Positions 14,750-20,000 of a stretch of 20,000 nucleotides of DNA are shown here, in pieces. This DNA comes from an uncultured virus (IMG/VR IMGVR_UViG_3300014160_000002) (Duplodnaviria > Heunggongvirae > Uroviricota > Caudoviricetes). The stretch lies in IMG/VR virus record IMGVR_UViG_3300014160_000002, positions 55,410 through 75,409 of that record; one strand, written 5' to 3'. Under the pieces are notes generated by a model. It did not search any database. It was not told where the DNA came from and saw only the letters and a list, made by a program, of their open reading frames with translations. Position numbers and translations under genes: made by a program. Position 1 is the stretch's first letter, and the number at the start of each line of letters is the position of its first letter.

Positions 14750-14945
14750 GGCTCCGCCTAAGTCGGAACCAAAGGAAGTCGAGTGTAAGGAATGCACGTC
14801 GCTCTTGAGTTACCTGCCCTCCGACGTTAAGATTCATGAGGGGGACGGTCAGCGGGAGCCGGATTACGCAACCATAGGGTGTCCGACCTGCGGCGATGAC
14901 GTGATTGTGCCGATGGTGAAAGCATGGGAAATAAGGCGAAAGTAG
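14730..14945 (+). CDS. Zn-ribbon protein
   Basis: CKEC...CPTCG; AAGGAG RBS. Confidence 0.7.
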   Translation: MAIRVLKAPPKSEPKEVECKECTSLLSYLPSDVKIHEGDGQREPDYATIGCPTCGDDVIVPMVKAWEIRRK

Positions 14946-15241
14946 TACAAAAGTTTGCGTGGACTCCTGTCCATACGGTCCACCTTCGGGATGGCGAGCG
15001 GACCCTTGCACTTGAAATACGGCATTGGGGTCCATGGGGAAACTGGGCGTGGCGTTGGGATGCGGAAATCACCATCATGCCCCACCCGGACCTCCGTAAC
15101 TCCGGGGGATATAGCGGCGTTCGTGTTACGAGAAAGGGACGCTCCGAAGCAGAGGCTACCCGTAAAGCCATGCGGGAAGTGCAGCGCCGAGGATTATGGG
15201 ATTTCCGAGGATACTGGAGGAATAATGCTATCGCCCATTAA
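14924..15241 (+). CDS. Hypothetical protein
   Basis: 105-aa ORF tiling between its neighbours. Confidence 0.5.
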   Translation: MGNKAKVVQKFAWTPVHTVHLRDGERTLALEIRHWGPWGNWAWRWDAEITIMPHPDLRNSGGYSGVRVTRKGRSEAEATRKAMREVQRRGLWDFRGYWRNNAIAH

Positions 15242-15551
15242 ACCACATGAAGTTGTTGGAAAGAAACAGGAAATCACTCCTGATTACGTCATTGCGGCGT
15301 TCAATGAACTCATCGCCAAAAACTGGAACGGAACTTATTCCGTGGTTGGTCAGCGGAGTGTTGTTCCCCTCATTCTCAAGAAAGCAGAGGAAGCCGGGGC
15401 CTGCATCTATGACAGGAACATCTACGATAACCACTGGCTGGATGTAGAGGAAATCTACCGGGCGGTGGGCTGGCAAGTGGAGTACGACAAACCCGGCTAC
15501 AATGAGACTTATGAGCCAACCTTCACGTTCAGGAAAGAGGGAAAATCATGA
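15225..15551 (+). CDS. Hypothetical phage protein
   Basis: GGAGG RBS; PDYVIAAFNELI...WLDVEEIYRAVGWQVEYDKPGYNE. Confidence 0.75.
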   Translation: MLSPIKPHEVVGKKQEITPDYVIAAFNELIAKNWNGTYSVVGQRSVVPLILKKAEEAGACIYDRNIYDNHWLDVEEIYRAVGWQVEYDKPGYNETYEPTFTFRKEGKS

Positions 15552-15850
15552 ACCCGTTCAAGCGGTATTGGCAGTGGTGCAAGGACACCGAGGCCGAAGC
15601 GTTCTTCGAGACCAGCGGTGCTACCAAGGAACCGGCTCGTAACAGCGGCATATACTACGTCATGATGAAATTCCCCGATGCCGGTATCCAGTGGACCACC
15701 GCCTACTATGGCGGAGTGACCATCAACGGTCACACCGGCTATGCTTGGCAGACCTTTCGGGACCGAAAGCTCCACCCCGATTCCTACTTCACTGCCATAG
15801 GCAAACGGATATTTCTCGCCCCGGATGCCTTCGATTCTCCTGCGAAGTAG
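15548..15850 (+). CDS. Hypothetical protein
   Basis: GAGG RBS; ATGA overlap. Confidence 0.6.
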   Translation: MNPFKRYWQWCKDTEAEAFFETSGATKEPARNSGIYYVMMKFPDAGIQWTTAYYGGVTINGHTGYAWQTFRDRKLHPDSYFTAIGKRIFLAPDAFDSPAK

Positions 15851-15856
15851 TATTAT
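15849..15856 (+). promoter_or_regulatory. Putative -10 (AGTATTAT)
   Basis: Recurring motif ahead of AGGAGG and ATG15873. Confidence 0.5.
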
Positions 15857-15872
15857 CCAGTAGGAGGAGTCT

Positions 15873-16262
15873 ATGGAGTTGACAGTTCATATTGATGCCA
15901 GCAGCGGGACCACCGCCGCTCTCGCCGGAATTCTCACCGACATGATTAAGGAACGGGTGTACGAAGAAAATACATGGGGTACCGTCTTCGATAACAAGAA
16001 CACCCTGAATGACTGGGTTACCTTTACCAATATCTACCTTGGCGGGGCGGCGGCTATAAAGGCCACACCGGGAGAGCAACGTAAGGGTGTCCTCAAAGCG
16101 GCCACTTTGCTTGTTGCGGCTTTACAGTCCTTTGACCGCAACGGAGGATTCGCTCCCCGGCATTACGACCCGGAGAACCCCAACCCGACTGCCCCTCTTG
16201 ATTTATCCCGAGCACGGGAAATTAACGACGGGTATATCGTTCCGGTGTGGGAAAGCCTATGA
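15873..16262 (+). CDS. Hypothetical protein (helical, MazG-like fold possible)
   Basis: AGGAGG RBS; ER...WG..FD..NTLNDW...KAATLLVAALQS. Confidence 0.65.
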   Translation: MELTVHIDASSGTTAALAGILTDMIKERVYEENTWGTVFDNKNTLNDWVTFTNIYLGGAAAIKATPGEQRKGVLKAATLLVAALQSFDRNGGFAPRHYDPENPNPTAPLDLSRAREINDGYIVPVWESL

Positions 16263-16891
16263 GAAAAGGCACTAAAAACCTGTTGTTCGGAGAGCACCAG
16301 GTTATTCTTCACTCCCTGTTTGTGGCTCGGGCGTGGTGGAAGCTCTTCGGGTTTCCCAAGGACCTACGCCTGTGGGCTTGCTTCTTCCTGCATGATATCG
16401 GCTACTGGGGCAAGGACGACATTGATGGGGAGATGGGCAGGACTCACCCGGAACTCGGGGCTCAGGTAATCCACTGGCTTTTCGACAAGAAGGCAAGGTC
16501 TGACTATTGTTTCGTTCCACCACCCCTCTGGTATGAATTCTGCCTCTATCACTCCCGCTACTATGCTAAGAGAGAAGACCACCCCATATCTGCTTTGGCA
16601 CTGGCCGACAAGATGGCATTTGTTATCATACCATGGTGGATGTTCCTGTTTCTGTCAAGACTGTCCGGGGGCATCAAGGAGTATGCAAGGCTCTACGGTA
16701 AGGGAGGCAAGCTTCCCAACGACTTGAGGGTATGGATTGAGGAACAACAGGATAGGACTTGGGACTGGATATGCCGGACGTTGGAGCAACCTCACCCCAT
16801 GCGTGGGTATTATAACTCTTGGGAGAATGGGAATGGCAAAGTACCTGCTGTCGAAGCGCCGGAAAAAGGAACTGTGGCGGCTGTTTCTTGA
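16259..16891 (+). CDS. HD-domain phosphohydrolase-like protein
   Basis: H...LHDIGYWG...HPELGA...YHSR...LALADK. Confidence 0.7.
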   Translation: MRKGTKNLLFGEHQVILHSLFVARAWWKLFGFPKDLRLWACFFLHDIGYWGKDDIDGEMGRTHPELGAQVIHWLFDKKARSDYCFVPPPLWYEFCLYHSRYYAKREDHPISALALADKMAFVIIPWWMFLFLSRLSGGIKEYARLYGKGGKLPNDLRVWIEEQQDRTWDWICRTLEQPHPMRGYYNSWENGNGKVPAVEAPEKGTVAAVS

Positions 16892-16971
16892 AAGTGTGGA
16901 ACGCTGCAAGCACCTTGGGCAGAAGCCACCCATCAAACGTCGTTGGCATTCCAAGTGGCATTAGGAGATGC

Positions 16972-17181
16972 ATGATTGACCTGAACTCCATCACGACCCT
17001 GTGTTTTTATATCGCAGGGGGTTGTTTCATTATCGTCGTCATCAAACACTTGGTTCGTTGGCGCTGGCGGGTACAAGATAAAGAACGAGAACGAAGGAAT
17101 CTTGACCGGGCAGTTGAAAAAGCCAAGGCAACCACCTACACGGATGTTGAGTGGCGTGGACCAAGAGGTAACGTAAAGTAG
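16972..17181 (+). CDS. Small single-pass membrane protein
   Basis: AGGAG RBS; hydrophobic N-terminus followed by a basic tail. Confidence 0.55.
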   Translation: MIDLNSITTLCFYIAGGCFIIVVIKHLVRWRWRVQDKERERRNLDRAVEKAKATTYTDVEWRGPRGNVK

Positions 17182-17192
17182 CAGGAGGGCAC

Positions 17193-17645
17193 ATGTCCAA
17201 CTACGACGCTTATTGCGATGAGTATCGGAAACAGAGGGATATTCCAAGAAGATTTAATATGAGGTTCCCCTCGTCCTTGGAAACGTTACAATTGAGTAAA
17301 GAACGTTGCTGGTATTGTGGCGTAGTCTTAATCTGTGACCCAAATAGTTTGAGTCATAACTATACTAGAGACCATCAAAACCCCGAAGGAGGAAACCAAC
17401 TATCTAATTTGGTAGCCTGTTGTAAAACCTGTAACTGTAGAAAAGGGCATAAAACTGTAGAAGCGTATCGTCAATGGTTGTGGGATAAAACCCCGGTAGG
17501 ACAAGCGTGGTTTGCTCTTCGGGATGCTTTATCTACAAATCAATTATCTGAAAGTGTAAGTAGTAAAATCGTAGAGGAAATGACAAGATTAGAAACCGGT
17601 AACCCCAAGGGTATATTTTTTGGTGAACGTAATATGTCTAGCTAA
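17193..17645 (+). CDS. HNH endonuclease
   Basis: CWYCG...TRDHQNPEGG...NLVACCKTCNCRKG; AGGAGG RBS; AT-rich. Confidence 0.85.
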   Translation: MSNYDAYCDEYRKQRDIPRRFNMRFPSSLETLQLSKERCWYCGVVLICDPNSLSHNYTRDHQNPEGGNQLSNLVACCKTCNCRKGHKTVEAYRQWLWDKTPVGQAWFALRDALSTNQLSESVSSKIVEEMTRLETGNPKGIFFGERNMSS

Positions 17646-18274
17646 AGATGCTTTCCACAGGTGCAGGACTTCCCACGGTTGATGTTCCATCGAAGACAAT
17701 TTCCCTTCCGTGGAATACCTCTTTGTGCCTCAGCTATCTTTCGTTTTGTCTCCTCTGAACGGGGCTTGCCAAAATTGGGATTCTTATCCCCCAGTTTAGA
17801 TAAACGGATATTTTCCAGCTTACCACGGGGTCCCCGTAACGCCGCCTTGTGAGCATAAGATTTGGGCACACCTCTTGTAGCCAAGGACATCAACCGCCTG
17901 CTGGCCTTGGTATGTTTCCTTCCTTTCCAAGCTTTTGCTAATTTGGCACGGGTCTCAGGAGATGGGGATAACCCAAGACAATTGCCCGCTACAGGACAGA
18001 TGTTGTACCCGTTTTGGGTGGTATTAAAACGGTCTATGAATTCCTGTTCGTATTTTATAAGTGAATCTCGGTCGCATTCAAGCAGGACCTCAAACTTGAA
18101 TGCTTTCGGTCCTCGTTTTTTCCAACTACTTTGAAGGTGAGGGGAATGGTGTTCCCCCCTATCAAGCCTCCAGCGGTGCAGTCTCCACCGATGGTAGATG
18201 TTGACGCTTGACCCGATGTACTTTTTTCCATTTTCAGTATTAGTGATTGAATAGACGCCGCACATTTTACTCAT
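17642..18274 (-). CDS. GIY-YIG homing endonuclease with NUMOD3 repeats
   Basis: GVYSITN...KYIGSS...RW..H...LQSSW...EQEFID...GYNI; SPETRAKL, GRKHT, NPNFGKPRSEETKRKI. Confidence 0.9.
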   Translation of the reverse strand: MSKMCGVYSITNTENGKKYIGSSVNIYHRWRLHRWRLDRGEHHSPHLQSSWKKRGPKAFKFEVLLECDRDSLIKYEQEFIDRFNTTQNGYNICPVAGNCLGLSPSPETRAKLAKAWKGRKHTKASRRLMSLATRGVPKSYAHKAALRGPRGKLENIRLSKLGDKNPNFGKPRSEETKRKIAEAQRGIPRKGNCLRWNINRGKSCTCGKHL

Positions 18275-18338
18275 AGGCTCCTCCTAAGTATAATTTCGGT
18301 AGTCATTTAGGTCACGTTTACGAACAAAGTGAGGTTCC

Positions 18339-20000
18339 GTGCAACTTACTGACGAGCAAATCAGAGCCGTGGCTCATCCAATAGGGCGTCCCGCTTGTTT
18401 GATAGCTGGTGCCGGTTCTGGTAAGACCGCTACCTTGACAGAGAGAGTGCGATGGTTGATGACTCAAGGGGTGCCTCCTTTTCGGATTGCGGCCATAACC
18501 TTTACCTCGAAGGCGGCATCCGAACTGGAGAGACGTGTTTGTGGCTCTGACGATAACCTTACCACCGAGAGACCGCACATCAGCACCATCCATAGTCTCG
18601 CCTTGAACGCCATTCGTAAAGACCCCGAGGGATTTGGGTTCGAGGGCAGGGTTACACCAATGGATGATTACGACCAGTCTCAAATGGTGAAGAAGCTCAT
18701 CGAACGGAGTAAGCCTGAACCGGGGGAGGAACACAACCCCTATCGGTTTCTTGAGAAGCTCGGCTACCATCGGGCACGGGGAATAGGATTCTCTGCCGAC
18801 TACACTGATGAAGTACATGAGGAGGCTCTCGAACACCACGCCGGATGCTCTGCCCTAGAAGACTGGGAAACCAAGATTTGGTACAGCTTCGAGGAAGAGA
18901 AGAAAAAGTGCCGGATGGTGGATTTTGACGACATGATTCATTTGGTTGTGCGCCGGGGCGAGACCGAGGAAACATGGCGGACGGCGGTGCAGAAACGCTT
19001 CCACCACGTTCTACAGGATGAGTCTCAGGACACCAGTCCTGTCCAGTGGCGGTTCGTCAACCTGCTCCTCGGGGATGATAACCCTAACCTGTATTGCGTC
19101 GGCGACCTTGCCCAGTCCATCTACGCATTTCAGGGGGCGGAGCCACGACTGCTCAAGGAGTTTAGTGAGGGTTGGCGTGGACACGTGCCGGACCTTTACC
19201 GCATCAGCCGTAATCACCGGAGCCTTCCCGCCATCATCCGGTTGTCCAACCGCATCAACGCCACGATGACCGAGGTTATTCCCCTCAAGATGCAAGTGTT
19301 CCGGGGAATGGAGGGCGACAAAGAAGTAGAGACCGGCACCGCCCGGCTTATCCGCTCCAGCACGCCGGGAGAGATTGCCAATATCATCGCTCGGGAGATT
19401 CAACACGACAATGGCGTTAAGGGAAAGCACATTGACTACAAGGATAATGCCATCCTCGTGCGTAGCGCCATACAGGTCCGGGACCTAGAAGGTGCGCTCG
19501 TTCGCCTGCGTATCCCCTATATCGTCCGGGGCGGCAGGGGTCTACTTCAAACCGAGGAAATCAAAGACCTGCTCTCCTATTTCCGGCTGGCGGTCAATCC
19601 CAAGGATTACACCGCTTTCAGCCGGGCAATCAGCACCCCTAAACGGGGAGTCGGGGACGTGGCTATCGAGAAGATACGGCTCCGGGCGGAAGCTGACCAC
19701 GGCGGTGACCTACTGGCGGCGTGCGGCAGCAATGACAAGCTGGACCTATTCTCTCGGGCAATGGGAGAAGTAAAGAGCCGTCTCTCTTCTCCAATGGCCG
19801 CTTTCGAGGAAATCATTAACCTCTTTCGGTACAAGGACTACATCAATCAGAAGTATGCACGGGAGGCCAGCAAGGCACGGACCAAGTGTGAGAACATTGA
19901 CCGGTTCGTTTCCTTGGTGGAAGGTTTGGTGAATGAGTCCGGCCTGTCCGCCGAAGACCTTGTGTTTCAGCTTGCCATGGAGCGCCCCACCGAAGAAGAT
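18339..20000 (+). CDS. uvrD: UvrD/PcrA superfamily 1 helicase (3' truncated; not in the ORF track)
   Basis: GTG start after GAGG; Q-motif LTDEQ; Walker A AGAGSGKT; AITFT; QDESQD; VGDLAQSIYAFQGA; RNHRS. Confidence 0.93.
   Translation, partial: MQLTDEQIRAVAHPIGRPACLIAGAGSGKTATLTERVRWLMTQGVPPFRIAAITFTSKAASELERRVCGSDDNLTTERPHISTIHSLALNAIRKDPEGFGFEGRVTPMDDYDQSQMVKKLIERSKPEPGEEHNPYRFLEKLGYHRARGIGFSADYTDEVHEEALEHHAGCSALEDWETKIWYSFEEEKKKCRMVDFDDMIHLVVRRGETEETWRTAVQKRFHHVLQDESQDTSPVQWRFVNLLLGDDNPNLYCVGDLAQSIYAFQGAEPRLLKEFSEGWRGHVPDLYRISRNHRSLPAIIRLSNRINATMTEVIPLKMQVFRGMEGDKEVETGTARLIRSSTPGEIANIIAREIQHDNGVKGKHIDYKDNAILVRSAIQVRDLEGALVRLRIPYIVRGGRGLLQTEEIKDLLSYFRLAVNPKDYTAFSRAISTPKRGVGDVAIEKIRLRAEADHGGDLLAACGSNDKLDLFSRAMGEVKSRLSSPMAAFEEIINLFRYKDYINQKYAREASKARTKCENIDRFVSLVEGLVNESGLSAEDLVFQLAMERPTEED

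Noticed and set aside
16833..16964. 43-aa basic ORF MAKYLLSKRRKK...
   Set aside because: Overlaps the HD gene by 59 nt and has no recognisable motif; possible but unsupported.
1..20000. Stop-codon reassignment
   Set aside because: Genes tile densely in the standard code, TAG/TGA stops are followed by new RBS/starts, and no suppressor tRNA is present.

Overview
This window looks like part of a large (jumbo-type) bacteriophage genome; the host is uncertain. Most genes are on the + strand. From left to right it holds: the 3' end of a NUMOD3-type protein; an 843-aa multidomain protein (DUF4259-like, Zn-ribbon, ART-like, Nudix); baseplate/tail-like genes; small accessory genes (nucleoside deoxyribosyltransferase-like, ASCH, membrane peptides); an array of 8 tRNA or tRNA-like genes restricted to Ile, Thr and Gln; a PEGA-like secreted protein; a 728-aa helical+TerD protein flanked by three copies of a covarying structured RNA motif; DUF262 and HD proteins; three homing-type endonucleases (EndoVII, HNH, GIY-YIG); and a UvrD/PcrA helicase that runs off the end. 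The main finding is upstream of the tRNA array: a 24-codon leader peptide (7003-7077) overlapping mutually exclusive antiterminator/terminator hairpins. Its Thr/Ile/Gln codons match the anticodons of the downstream tRNAs, suggesting a ribosome-stalling attenuator that switches on replacement tRNAs when those species are depleted. The second finding is the repeated GGGTATG...CTTCCTTCTAA RNA motif around the TerD-domain gene. All family calls come from motif recognition by eye and all RNA structures from manual pairing; no searches were run.
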